A DNA stretch of 64,000 nt, taken from assembly GCA_964016885.1 (NCBI GenBank), contig OZ024741.1:154876001-154940000 (forward strand), in the 5' to 3' direction. Numbering within the stretch: position 1 is the first letter of the stretch; every line of letters starts with the position of its first letter. This document shows positions 11,741 to 25,520 of the stretch, piece after piece. The stretch comes from Eledone cirrhosa. Taxonomy: Eukaryota. A program made the translations under genes and the position numbers. A model generated the notes under the pieces. The model saw only the letters and a program-made list of their open reading frames with translations. It searched no databases and was not told the origin of the DNA.

Positions 11741-14239
11741 ATTTGGTTTAACCTGGTGATATTGATATTTGTGTTTGTCTTTATCAAATCTGCAATGGTA
11801 AAGTTTTTGTTTTTAATAGCTACAATAATGTTAGACAAAGAAACAGAGAAATAAGATGAACTAACAAAACCAGACTTAGAAATAATTTTTGATAGCAACC
11901 CACTTGAAACCACAACCACTGTTTGTTTTAAAGTGCTTATATTTATCAAAAAAGTCTTTCATAATATTGTTATGTAAGAACCTTTGTTATTTTTGATTCA
12001 CTAGCTTAATAATGAGAAAGTTATTTTACTAAATCTCTCCAATTTTTTTAATTATTTTCAAAATTATTTGAAAATCAGAGACAGTGTTTTACATGCAAGA
12101 TTTGGTGATGAAATGGTTAATAGAAGCCACAATAATGATAGATAAAGAAACAGAGATATGGCAATTAAATTAAGCACAATCTTAAAAACACTTATGAATT
12201 AATTGAAATAGAGTCGGTGCAACACTGAAAAGATAGAAAAGGTTAAGATGAAATATGATAGATATATACCTTTTACAAAGTGGCAAAAATAAGGTAAAAA
12301 TGTATCAATACTTTAGCTTTTCCAATAACTTATATTTATAATTTTCTCAACTGGAAACATATCAAGTCAATAAAACAACAAAAATATCTTCATTTTGAAT
12401 ACACCATCCTAAAGTACTGAAATAGAAACTATATTTCACATGATTACAAAAATGCGAGGAGCTTTTGTAATAGAAAAATAAATATACGTATGCACTTTAA
12501 ATTAAAAAAAATATTTATTAACTCTTAAAATCCTGTGATGACTGAGCAGAAAATATGTAAAAATGTGTTTAATTCAAATGTTTATAGTATCTTTACTAGT
12601 GAAGAGATTGTTGTTAACATCTGCAGTGTTAAGGTAAAGACTTTAATTTTTAATATCATGCAATGATAGTGCTGTTTTGTAATTTTTAAGAATGTAATGT
12701 TAATGTGGTTTCATGTGGTATAGGACATTATGAGCTAAAGAAAAAATGCAATACAAAAAATCAGTTTATGTCTGTCGTCAAGGAAACCACCAAATATGAA
12801 AAAGAAGTTGTGATTAACAGTTGTGATTAACAGAAATTGTTAATATTTTCATTATAATATTTCTAATGGAAGGCACTACCTATGGTTTTCAAATATATTT
12901 GAAAATAATCAAGAATTTGGAGGGATTTAATAATATAACTAACCTTTTAGTTATTTAGCTGGTGTTTGGAACATTATGTAACAAACATCCTTACATAAAA
13001 AAATTACGACAGAAGATTTTAGATAAATATAAACACTTCAAAACAAACAGGTTTGTGAAGTGTTTGGCTGAAAGGTTAGGATGTTGCACTCAAAATAGGG
13101 TAATGGATTTAATTATGGGACATGGTGTGTGTTGTGTGCTTGAGCAAGATGCTTCATTTAATGTTGCTTTTTCAGGATAGAACTTTGGCCCCTATCATTA
13201 AAGCTGGCCCCTATCATTAAAGCACTCAATAAACCTATTATGAGATGCAGCCTTGTAGTAGGCCAGCTAAAGCTACATATGTATGAGCTGCAAATTTCAA
13301 TTCTTCATTTTTCAAACAGTTTTTTGATGTAGAATCAGAGGTGGTTTCCAGCAGTTTAGTATGAAGTGTGTTTCATGTTTGTTTTTATTGCACTTATTAT
13401 CTTTATACAGCTGAACTAATAATTATGATGAGAAAATCATGTTTATCTGAAAACTCAAAACTTTTCGACTTGGCTTATCTCTATTTTGTAAGAAAATGAG
13501 ATAACATTTTAATAGAGTTCTCTCATATAGGGATTCTATATCCTTGTAATATGTCTCCAATCAATCAGATATGGAATCAATACCATTTCCACATTCTTAG
13601 AACCGTTTCTATTAGCTAAAGAATTCTCCAAAATATTCCACTACTGTCTCGTCTGTTATTCACTAAAAATATTTAATGATCAATTCTTTTATATTGGCTT
13701 AGTGGTTAGGGGGATCAAATCATGATTGTAAGTGTTATTTCCTTGAACAAGAAATTTTATTTTACATTGCCCCAGTTCACTCAGTTGGAAAATAGAATTG
13801 TATTTGCAATTCAAAAAGCTAGCCTTGTCATATCATGTGTCATGTTGAATCTTCCTGAGAACTTCAATAAGAGTACATGTGCTCTCTTGAATGCTCAGTT
13901 AATTATATTATAATACAAGATGGACTGTACCTGTAATTCAAATGTTCCATAAGTTAGTGCTTTGACAAAAAAGAGATAGATATGTTAGTCTTGAAAAATA
14001 AATACAGGAGTCAATATAATTGACTAAATCCCTCCATGCCAGTGTCCCAGCATGGCTGCAGTCTCATGGCTCAAACTAATAACAGCACAAAGGAATAGGA
14101 TTTTACAAAAAACTAAAATGGAACCTGAGCAAGACTGTGAAGCTGGTCATTGTTTATTGAAGATGCAAAATTTATTCCTGCGAAGTTTCTTTAATGTATG
14201 GAAAGTTCTCCACACATCCATTGATGCAGATTCTTGGAC

Positions 14240-14610
14240 ACATCATGTGTTGTCTCTTGGTATAATTGGGTGCTTCCTGGGGTCTCCTAACATACACCCT
14301 CATCAATAGATATACCATCAGTGTTTCCTGGAGTCTTACATCATACACCTTTATCCAAAGCTGGAAGTCACTGGACATATCAGGGTCATATTCTGAGATC
14401 ACTGGGAGTTTAAAAGGGTCTTACAACATACACACTCAGTCATAGATTGAAACCCTTGGATACAACATCAGGGTTGTATCCTGGAGTCACTGGAAGTTTA
14501 AAAGGGTCTTACAACACACATCCTCATTCATAGATTGAAACCCTTGGACACAACATCAGTATTGTATCCTGGAGTCACTGTGAGGTCTTCCAGCATACAC
14601 CCTCGTCCAA
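14240..14610. repeat. Tandem repeat, about 85-bp unit; related sequence at 3660-3725
   Basis: Recurring catcag.gttgtatcctggagtcactg...ggtcttacaacatacac.ctc. Confidence 0.75.
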
Positions 14611-15072
14611 GTGACCCAACCAAGGTTGATCAAAGCTCAGTCTTTCTCCTTGTAGCATACATTTTATTGGTCTCATTGGTCACTTCTCATCAGCTATAGT
14701 CATCTAGATGATCGATCAGCTGCCTCCATGCTGTTCTTGATGGCAATAATAATATATGGCTTCAGTGTGTGGCAGTTAGTTTAATCTGTAAAATCATATA
14801 ATTAACTTGGCTAATTAATATTTATAGCAGTCACATCTAGTGTAAAGTTGTTAGACTGCACTATAAATAAATATACATACACATACAGTGTATATGCTTG
14901 GGTGTAAGTATGTATGTGTGTATATCTATCTATCTATCTATCTATCTATCTCTCTCTCTCTCTATATATATATATGTTTCTATCTATCAATCTATATATG
15001 TATGTGTAGGTGTGTGTGTATATATACACGTTTATATATATATGTATATATATGTACAGATATATATGTATG

Positions 15073-15126
<54 letters not shown>

Positions 15127-15210
15127 CACACACACCACACATATATATGTGTGTGTATATAAAGTATCTGACAGCTTTGTTCTGTCTTTGAAATCTATTA
15201 CTGCACACGT

Positions 15211-15268
<58 letters not shown>

Positions 15269-15479
15269 GACATGTGTATATATGTGTAAATAATATGCGG
15301 AGGCAGCAATGTAAACTGTGAAGTATCTGATACGTGCAGGAAATATATTTCTTGGACATTAGCAGCCTTGGCCATTATTGGAATCACTAAACATGGCATT
15401 GCTGGTGGGAGTGTTGGGTGGGTGTTGTTGGTGGTGGTGGTGGTGGGAGACCTCTTTCAGACTTTGCATATAACTATAG

Positions 15480-16430
15480 TAGTTGGTGGTTGTGGTGATG
15501 GTGGTGGTGTTGGTGGTGTTGGTGGTGGTGTTAGCTGTGGTGATATAGTTTGTGATGGTGGTTGTGTTGTTGGTGGTGATGGTGGACGTGATGTAGGTTG
15601 TGATGTTGTTGGTGCTGATGGTTATGATGTATGCGGTGATGGTGGTGATGTTGGTGGTGGTGTTGGTGGAGGTGATGTAGGTTGTGATGGTGATTGTGTT
15701 GTTGGTGATGGTGGTGATGTTGGTGGTGTTGGTGGTGGTGATGTTGGTGGTGTTGTTGTTGATGGTGTTAATTGTTGTTGATGGTGGTGGTGTTGGTGGT
15801 GGTGTTAGCTGTGGTGATATAGTTTGTGATGGTGGTTGTGTTGTTGGTGGTGGTGGTTATGATGTATGGGGTGATGGTGGTGATGTTGGTGGTGATGGTA
15901 GTGGTGTTGGTGGTGATGGTGGTGGTGTTAGCTGTGGTGATATAGTTTGTGATGGTGGTTGTGTTGTTGGTGGTGGTGGTTATGATGTATGTGGTGATGG
16001 TGATTGTGTTGTTGGTGATGGTGGTGGTGTTGGTGGTGATGGTGGTGGTGTTAGCTGTGGTGATATAGTTTGTGATGGTGGTTGTGTTGTTAGTGGTGGT
16101 GGTTATGATGTATGTGGTGATGGTGGTGATGTTGGTGGTGATGGTAGTGGTGTTGGTGGTGATGGTGGTGGTGTTAGCTGTGGTGATATAGTTTGTGATG
16201 GTGGTTGTGTTGTTGGTGGTGGTGGTTATGATGTATGTGGTGGTGGTGGTGATGTTGGTGGTGATGGTAGTGGTGTTGGTGGTGATGGTGGTGGTGTTAA
16301 CTGTGGTGATATAGTTTGTTATGGTGGTTGTGTTGTTGGTGGTGATGGTTATGATGCATGTGGTGATGGTGGTGATGTAGGTTGTGATGATGGTTGTGTT
16401 GTTGGTGGTGGTAGTGATAGTGGTAATGGT
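15480..16430. repeat. (GGT/GAT/GTT)-rich minisatellite with higher-order 100-120 bp unit
   Basis: Anchor ttagctgtggtgatatagtttgtgatggtggttgtgttg recurs six times. Confidence 0.9.
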
Positions 16431-16909
16431 GGAAACAACCTTCTCAGACATACCATTTCTCGAACACCATTTCGCCTGTTGTGGCATTACTGACAGATGA
16501 CTAATGAACAACTCTGTGTATGAAACGCTGGTGCTACCATCAAAGCTAACTTGGCAGCCACCTAATGATGGAAGAGTTACAGTTTTATTACAAATTTGAT
16601 AAGTAAATTAAATATATAATAATGTTGTGTGATCAATAAATAAATCATTAAACATCTTTGCTGTTTAGTAACATTGAGGAAATATCCAAAGTGGTGGATT
16701 GGGTTGTATGGTATTATGTCTTGTAACATAATGTGGGCGAGTGTGGTCTATGTAATGGAAAATACAAGTTTTGTAATTTTCTTAGTGTGATTAGAACAAG
16801 AAGTATCAAAAGCTAGATTTGTTAGCTTACCAAATTATAATTTTAAATTATTTTATTTGGAGAATGGAGCACATAACTGCGAGAAGAAGGTACAGATTGT
16901 AAGGTTAAT

Positions 16910-17215
16910 TTAGGGGGCTAAACACCCATGCATACATTATGAACCAAACCATGGGTGCTAAATATCCAGCGACTCATTATAGCACTGGCCCAGGATGCTA
17001 AATATCTAAGTTCACATTGTAGAGCTAACCTACGGTGCTAAGTACACATTGTAGGGATAGCCTAGGGAGCTAAATACTCTGGCACACATATAGGGCTAGC
17101 CATGTTTATTAAATACTCAAGCACACATTGTAGGGCTAATCTTGGGCATTAAATGCCCAGGTGCTTATTGGAGGGCTAACCTAAATTGCTAAATATCCAG
17201 GCACCGACCCTGTGA
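16910..17215. repeat. Degenerate tandem repeat, about 40-bp unit
   Basis: Recurring gctaaatayyc.g.cac.cattgtagggcta.cc units. Confidence 0.7.
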
Positions 17216-18612
17216 GTATTTAGTTAATGTGAAGAAGTATGGTTTAGTGATTAGGGTGTTGGGCTCACCATGATTAGGTCATGAGTTCAATTCTCAGACT
17301 GGATGACTTTATATATTTATCTATCCATATGTATATTTTAGATGCACTTGTGAAGACATGCAACTTTGTGGTTAGGGTGTTAGGCTCACAATCATATGGT
17401 TGTGAGTTCAGTTCTCAGACTGGACACTTTATATATTTATACATACATTCATTTATAGATACACTTGTAAAGGTGTAAGGCTTAGTGGTTAAACAGTACT
17501 AAACATCAATACACACTGTTAGAAACTTATTGATTAATCAGTAGATAATTGGCATCAGCAATATTTGCCATTTTGCCAATTAAATGGTATCGGCCATTTA
17601 AGCCAAAGGAAATTATGACTCTGTAATTACTTTACTTTTTACCCTCTCAAGTTTTGTTCTTTTTGTTACAGTTGTACAATCACTACTTAATCGAATGGTG
17701 TAAACAACATTAACATTTCTTGTGTAAAAAGTGAGCTAATTAAAGAAGTATGAATATTTTATGAGCTTATGTGAGATTGTAGGGTGGTGGAGAGTGAAAC
17801 ATCATGTTCACTTCTCTTAAAAAAATAAAACACAGTTAATCAACAATTTCCTTATTAACCGAGCAAGGAATCACGCTGCAAGTTCAATGAAATCCACGAC
17901 ACCAACCAGCTTTGTCACAACCCATGAGCACAGGAGAATGAACAGGCTAAGATTAGATAGTTATAACAGATATGTTAATAGACATGCTAAGTGTTGCATT
18001 CTATGTATGTTTGGTTAATTGTAATTTTTTTTTTTTTACTTTTGGTGTTATGTCAATATAACTACTCAGATAGACATGTTGGTGTTATGGTCAAACAATT
18101 GACTGAACAAAAAAGAAACCTATGTGTATGTAAAGAATGTGAGACTTGTGTACAGAAGGTTGCACTGTTGAATGACACAGTTTAATGATAATAAAAAAGT
18201 AGAAAATACAGTAAATTTGGCCTAATTTTTATAATGATGTGCTTTCATATAATTGCTCTATGATTGTGATTAATTATAAAATATACTATATTTCTTAAAA
18301 TTAATTATACTATGGATTTTCATATCAGATCCTCATTTCCGCATTTCTTGGCTAACCATACCAGCTTAGAAAGTGGGATGTCCCGCAGCCCCCACTTCCA
18401 TGTTGCAGCCTACCACCACTTACATTAAACCATGAAGTGGTTGGCATTAGGAAGGGCATCCACCTGTGGAAGACCAGAATGGAACACATGAGTGAGATAC
18501 AAGTCATCTAACCTGCCCAGTTTCAGAATATGATAACCTGTCATGCAAGCATGGAAAATAGAAGGTAAACAGTGATGATGATGATGTTGATGATGATGAT
18601 GATGATATATAT

Positions 18613-19248
18613 CATCATCATCATCATCATCAACGTTTAACGTCCGTGTTCCACGCTTGCATGGGTTTGGACGGGGGTAGTCCCACTTGAGGCAAGAGTG
18701 ATTGTCTTGCTCGCATAGGACTGTCTGGCAGGTTTTCTACAGTTGGATGCCCTTCCTAACACCAACCACATTTACAGTGTGGGTCTGGGAGGTTTTTACC
18801 GTGTTGCCTACACGGCCACATTACAGCGTGGACTGTGTGTTTTTTTGTCGTGACACCTACACGATCTCATTTGTTTCGGCCTGGATGGCGCGGCACCAAC
18901 ATAACTTTACATAGAACGGGGTGGTGTGGATGGGGTGGGGGTGGTGGCGGGACGGGGTGTATTTTGTTAGAGATGCCTACTGGCAAGGCGTGTCTTCTCT
19001 GTTACTGAGTACCGCCAAAGGTCTCGGTCCAGTGACATTGTCTTGGAGAGGTGTAAGTGTGTGAGGTCGGAGTTTATCAGCTCATCCCATGTTTTTCTAG
19101 GTCTGCCTATTCCGTGGCTACCGTCTATCTTTATTGCCCTGCACTTTGTTATACAGCTATCGACTTTCATGCGCATCACGTGTCCATACCAACGCAGCCT
19201 TCTCTCGAGTAAACAACATCTGATCCCTCTTATCTCTAATTTTTTCCT
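18613..19248 (-). mobile_element. RTE LINE 3' fragment with long 3' UTR and (GAT)n tail
   Basis: RRLRWYGHVMRMKVDSCITKC...GRPRKTW. Near-identical to 48568-49204. Confidence 0.9.
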
Positions 19249-19269
19249 TATATATATATATATATATAT

Positions 19270-19495
19270 TGTGAAGACGTGTGGCTGAGTGGTTATAGAA
19301 TTGGATTCCCAATCATGAGGTTGTGAGTGCGATTCTCAGACTGGGTGATGCATTATGTCCTTGAGCAAGACACTTTATTTCACATTGTTCCTTCTGCCTG
19401 GAGTTGCGACTGATAGATAGTATTAGCAATTGGAAAGACCAATGGAAACATTGTTTCCTCGGTTCGATTTACGAAAGTTGATCGACAAATTTTCT
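19270..19495 (+). mobile_element. tRNA-head SINE family 1, tail type C
   Basis: Homologous to the reverse complement of 9290-9503. Confidence 0.8.
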
Positions 19496-19739
19496 TTTTA
19501 ATATATATATGTCCAAAACATTAAGATTCTCTTTCTGCTATTTCAAGCGTTAAACTAATATATTCCTTCAATGTACTGTGCCGTTTGTTTTGTTATTTTT
19601 GTTATTTTTGTTTATCTTTTATATCTATCATCATCATTATCGTTTAACGTCCACTTTCCATGCTAGCACTGGTTAGATGGGTTGCCTCATTTGGTTCATA
19701 TTAAGACAACAGAAGATTGGACTGGCAATAACCTCTTTA

Positions 19740-20500
19740 AAGTTTGCTGACGGCATAGTTCTGATGACAAATACAGTGAAGGAGGCAGAGGAGTTGATGC
19801 AGGAGATGGAGACTGTGTCGATGAGTGTGGGGCTGAGAATGGATGAGATTAAGACGAAGTATCTGGTAGAGAATATTAAGAAGCCAAAGAAGATTACTAA
19901 TGTAGGCGTGAAGCCGCTAGAATTGGTTGAGGACTTCCTATATTTGGGAGCAAAGATTGGGAATACAGAAGATGATGTGGTTGAGAGGAAGAGCAAAGCC
20001 TGGGCGGCGTGCCACAGTTGGTGATCGGTGTGGAAGTCAGACCTTCATAAAGACCTGAAGATCTGTCTCTTTGTTGCTGTAGTGGAGTCTGTGCTGCTGT
20101 ACGGGTCTGAGATTTGGACACTGACCAAGAAACTCACTTAGATGTGGATGGGTGCTACACGTGAATGCTGAGGATGGCTCTGAAAATTAATCAGTATACA
20201 TTGCGGATGAAGAACTCAGAGCTGTATGGGAGCCTCCCAAAAGTCAGCTCGAGAGTAGCACAGAGGAGACTGAGGTTAGCTGGACATGCTCACCGACATC
20301 CAGAGTTGATACTGCACTCAGTACTCCTGTGGGAGCCCCTGCATGGACATACTAGAAAAGGGAGACCGAGGTTAACATATGTTAATGCCCTGGACACTGG
20401 TCTCTTGGAGATGCAGGACATGGCAGTGAGGATGAGGGACAGAGACCGCTGGAGAGAACTCGTCCATGGATCTCGGAAATTTTACCCACATTAGATAGAT
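19740..20500 (+). mobile_element. RTE-clade LINE fragment with stops and frameshift
   Basis: FADGIVLMTN...FLYLGAKIG...RRLRLAGHAHRH; (TAGA)n tail. Confidence 0.88.
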
Positions 20501-21180
20501 AGAAAGTTTTAATGTTGCAAAAAACACTATATATATTTCAATGGCCTGGTTATGTAAGATCCTGGTGACATCATCAGGTGCAGATTGCAAAATTAGTTAA
20601 TCAATAAAAGGAATTACAGTAAACACAAACAGAGAATAGAGAATATATTTGATTTGGAGATGGCCTGTAAATTCAGCAAGGCTTAGTCAAAACAGAGAGT
20701 ATGTGTGTCATGGCAAAAACTAGCTGTAGCTGAATCTTTGTATTATAAGAAAACAGATGAAAATAATGCAGACTAATCTTGGCCAGAATGACAGTTATCT
20801 TTTATAATGATTATTCATTAATTAGAACTATCTTGCTTTCAGAATGACGCTGTGATTCTTCCATAGGTGAAAATTATTTACATTGATGTTTCTGAGGTCA
20901 TAGATCAGTGTCATGGTGGCTATTATAGCCTTTGGAAAATCAACCATAGGAAAATTTTCATGACAGTAGATCTCCGCCTTGATTGAAACCAAAGCTTTTG
21001 ATCAGTAACTGGAAAGGTAGTGAGTGAGGGGAAACAATGACCTCAGACAGAAAATTGCTGCATACTTCTTTGGGCTTAGCAAGATGGCTAGTACACCTGT
21101 CGATCATATCTGGTGCTTGTTGTTGATATAAAGTTAGGAGTACTGGTGGACAGAAGCACTAATGTTGGGTTAACTTGGTT

Positions 21181-21705
21181 TCATGGTGAGGATGCTTCCA
21201 AATGCACATGGGATTTTAAAAGACAGTTGACACTAACATCATCCTTCATTTCACTTATGTCCAAAATTAAATGCTTGGGTGTTCCTTTGAGTAATTGGTA
21301 GGGTCTAGAGTATGGTTGTTGCAACAGAGCTCTGATAGTGTCCCTTCTGACAATAATGTGTGCCCATTGTTGTATATCGGATGGAATTTGAGTAGTGACA
21401 CCTTGATGGAGAGGAGCAATGGATGGGAGGTTTGACATATAGGTTCGCAGATGATGTATATAGTTCGTTGGATCTGGGGTGTGTTGAGAATCAGGGGCAA
21501 CCATTTGCTCAGGTAACACTAATGTCAAGCTATAAAACAACTCAGTTGGCGTAAAACCAAGTACTTTTTTTACATTGGAGCAAATTCCAAGAATGATAAA
21601 GAGTAAAACCTCCAACCAGTTACTGTTGTTGAAATAGGCGCTGAGAGCAGATTTTAATTGGCAAGGGAAATGTTCTATCATACTGTTAGCTGCAGGGGGG
21701 TAAGC
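21181..21705 (-). mobile_element. Ty3/Gypsy integrase C-terminal relic
   Basis: MIEHFPCQLKSAL...WLEVLLFIILGI...LGFTPTELFY...LQQPYSRPY resembles the ERFHRQLK...GPY segment. Confidence 0.8.
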
Positions 21706-21784
21706 TGGTGGTCATTGCCTTCAGAAAATCAATCGTGGGAAAATTTTCCTCGCTACACACACACATACACAGACACATATATAT

Positions 21785-22326
21785 ATCATCATCATCATCA
21801 TTTTACGTCCGCTTTTCCCTGCTTGCAAGGGTTCGACGGGTCCTATTCAGCACAGCATCTCTCCACTTGTCACAGTCCTTCATCATCTCCTTGGTGAGTT
21901 TCAGTGATCTGAGGTCTGCTCTCACCACCTCCGCCTATGTTTTACGTGGTCTACCTCTTCTGCATCTTCCTTCTACTGGGAATTCTTGGCACTTCTTTAC
22001 CCAGCAGTCATCCTCCATGCGCATCACATGTCCATACCATCTCAGCCTTCTCTCCTGTACACCACAACTTATCCCTCTTATACCCAGTTTCTTTCTCAAC
22101 TCGTCCATGCTTGGTCATTCACGCACATTGGCATTCCACATCCAACGGAGCATACTTGCTTCATTTCTCTCAGCTGTCGCATATCCTCTGCAGTTGCCAC
22201 CCATGTCTCACTACCATGCAGCATCGCGTATCTCACACAGGCATCATATAACCGTCCTTTCGTATGCAGGGAGAAACCCTTCTTTGTCAACAGAGGGAGC
22301 AGCTCCCTAAACTTCTTTCAACCCGC
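21785..22326 (-). mobile_element. RTE LINE 3' fragment
   Basis: KGFSLHTKGRLYDACVRYAMLHGSETW; tail cccttgcaagcagggaaaagcggacgtaaaatgatgatg. Confidence 0.88.
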
Positions 22327-22614
22327 TGTTATGAAGCTCATACAAATTTAGGTATCTCAGGTGCATAAAATTACTGTAGACATAGTAGATTGTAAAATAC
22401 ACCTGTGCACAGGAAAAATTGGCCAGGAGCTGCTAAAAAGTGTCAAACGCAGTACCTCACAAATTCCAGCTGTGCTTTAACCATTGAGCTAAGAGACCTC
22501 TGACAGCAATTTCTGAACCATTTTTTGATGTAAACAACATTGTATGCAAAGAATTGAACAGGTGAAGCACTGGTTTGTTATGAAATAAATGTGTGTATAT
22601 ATATACATATAAAG

Positions 22615-22653
<39 letters not shown>

Positions 22654-22689
22654 AGGGTATATATATACATATATATATATATATATAAA

Positions 22690-23030
22690 GGATAAAGACC
22701 CCCCTTCAGTCATGAATGACGATGGGATTTCCACCTAGAAAGTTCCCCTCCAAGGCACAAGTCCAGGCAAGGTTGTTTGTTGAAGACCAGTAGTCACCCA
22801 TGCATACCAGTCTCCTCTCTCCATGCCACCAATGTTATCCAAAGGAAAGGCAAAGTTCGATACAGCTTGGCATCAGTGATGTTGCAACTCATTTCTACAG
22901 TTGAGTGGACTGGAGCAATGTGACATAAAGTATCTTGCTCAAGAAAACAATGCAAAGCCTGATCTGAGAATCGGACTCACAACCTCACGATTGTAAGCCC
23001 GACACTCCAACCACTAAACCATGCGCCTTC
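22690..23030 (-). mobile_element. tRNA-head SINE family 1, tail type B
   Basis: Same head and core as family 1; distinct tail ...gtcattcatgactgaaggggggtcttt. Also at 53658. Confidence 0.85.
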
Positions 23031-23083
23031 ATATATATATATATATATATATATGCATATGTATGTATATACACACACATACA

Positions 23084-23112
<29 letters not shown>

Positions 23113-23114
<2 letters not shown>

Positions 23115-24720
23115 GACCTGAAGTTGTATGGGCCAAATATCAATGACATCAAGAAACAATTGGACCTCATTACACAATTTTCAACCGACATCAAAATGAA
23201 ATTTGGTGAGTCCAAGTGTGCATATTTGGCAGTAAAACATGGAAGAGCTGTGCCCTCCTCTAGAAATCTAGAGATGAACGGCCTGACAATACAACCTCTG
23301 CAGTCAGGTGACAACTACAGATATCTTGGACAGGATGAGAATGTCAGATATGATGGACCCATAAATAAGAAGAGAACCAGAACTGAATACCTCAGAAGAG
23401 TAAAGAAAATATGGTCATCAGAACTGTCAGCATACAACAAATACATTGCCCACAATACTTATGCTGTGCCAATTCTAACGCCAACATTTGGCCTACTGAA
23501 ATGGTCATTGCAAGAACTAAGTGTGATGGATGTTAGAACTCGAAAATTTCTCAGTGTTACTGGGAACTTTAACATCAATGGTGATGTGGATAGGCTATAC
23601 TTCTCACGCAAGGAAGGTGGCCGGGGTCTAAAATCAATATTAACAACATATGAGACCCGGATAGTAACACTGAAGCAACACCTTCAACAAAGGAAAAAGG
23701 TTGGCAACCATCTTGCCCAGGTTTATGAGCATGAAAAAGAAATATCATTAGAATAGCGACTGATCTGGAGGAGAGATATGGAATAAAGCCTGATATAAAT
23801 CTCTCACCCAGAGAAATCGGAAGATCCTATTCAATGTTCAAACAAGATAAAAAAATTGACCAATTTACAGAAAAAGTTGTGCATGGATACTTGAGGCGTA
23901 AAACACAGACCATAGAGAGGATAAACCACTCAAAAAGCCTGGCATGGAGTTCCGACAAGTTTATGACATCACACCTTGAGGGATATCTCTATGCAATACA
24001 GGAACAAGAACTCCCTACCAAATATCTGCTGCACAAAAGAGGAGGGCCAGCAGCTGACAATAAATGTAGGCTATGTAAAACAAAGATCGAGGATGTAAGC
24101 CACATTGTTGCCAACTGCGAAAGAAGGTCATCTCGCTACTACCTCCCCATGAGACACGATGGGATAGCTAGAACCATCTGGAATGCACTTCGGAAAACAA
24201 AATTAACAACAAACGAGGAAGAATATATTGAGACAGATGGCACTAAGGAATACTGGTGGAACCTGAAAATAAAAACTGCCACCAAATTAAAGCACAACCG
24301 GCCTGATATTGTAGTTTCGGACCACACATTGAAAACGTGTTCTGTTGTGGAGATCAGCTGCCTACTTTATGTAAACGTTGTCAGAAAAATACAGGAGAAG
24401 GAGGACATCTATGGACCATTGATGAGGAGTTTACAAATCCAGTATCCAAGATACACCTTTAGCTTCATACCCATCATTATTGGTGCTACGGGTTATATAC
24501 CAACCCGCTTGGACCAAAGTATGACTGAACTTGGATTTGCGGACAAAAAGCGCAGCTCCCTAATTCATAGACTACAAATGGCTGCGATAGCTGGCACCTT
24601 CAAAATTTGCAAAACATTCTTGCGATTCAAGGGATGACAATTTCTTTTCTTTTACAACCTTGCCACCAGGAAGGTGGCCGGTCAAAAAAATATACTCGAA
24701 ATTAAGAGAAAGAGAAAACA
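23113..24720 (+). mobile_element. 5'-truncated R4/Dong-like RLE non-LTR retrotransposon
   Basis: DLKLY, YRYLG, DVDRLYFSRKEGGRGL, AIQEQ, CRLC..E..SHIVANC zinc knuckle, RHDGIAR and RPDIV..VEISC nuclease. One in-frame break near 23755. Confidence 0.93.
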
Positions 24721-25107
24721 TACATACATACATGTATATATATATTCTGAGCTGATTTATAATTTCAGTGCTTGGAGCCAGGCAGAAAGACCGGGCGACA
24801 GGCAGGATGAGAGACAGACACATAGGAATTAGATAAGAGTATATTTTGCCATGAAAGATGTTTGAATGAGATAGTCATTAAGTTTAGGCAGTCTATCTGA
24901 GGAGGGAGAGTGAGAAGAAAAGAGAGAATGAGTGAGAGAGTCAGAAAAAGAGAGTGTGTAACGTGTTGATTGTAACATAATGAGTGGGTTGTTTGTTTAA
25001 AATTAATTCATGGTGTCATTATTGTTAAAGTGATACTATAGTAACGAAAGTAACATTTATATTGAGACAAACCCACATTGTTTGATATATAATCATATGT
25101 GTGTGTT

Positions 25108-25166
<59 letters not shown>

Positions 25167-25189
25167 GTACATATATACATATACATATA

Positions 25190-25520
25190 GACACATGGCT
25201 TAGTGGTTAGAGCATTGGCCTTGCAATCAAAAGGTTGTGAGTTCAATTCTCAGACCGGGTGATGTGTTGTTTCCTTGAGCAAGACACTTTATTTCACATT
25301 GCTCCAGTTTACTCAGCTGTAGAAATGAGATGATAGGGACTGGGGTCCCTATCATTCCACTGCAAAGTGGTCGTGTAGGTGCTACGGCAAAAAAGCACCC
25401 AGCACTCACTGTAAATGAGGTTGGTGTTAGGAAGGGCATCCAGCTGTAGAAATCAAGCCAGAATCAGTTCCCGCCCCACCCTTGCAAGCAGGGAAAAGCG
25501 GACGTAAAATAAAATGAAAT
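25190..25520 (+). mobile_element. tRNA-head SINE family 1, tail type A (RTE-derived)
   Basis: tggcttagtgg A box, gtgagttcaattc B box, tail matching RTE 21785-21831. Copies at 45450 and 51316. Confidence 0.9.

Noticed and set aside
15368-16493. Gly/Asp/Val/Cys-rich plus-strand ORFs as structural proteins
   Set aside because: Products of the triplet minisatellite, without a credible start or unique domain.
25190-25262. SINE heads as tRNA genes
   Set aside because: They have A/B boxes but continue into SINE bodies; no convincing cloverleaf by eye.
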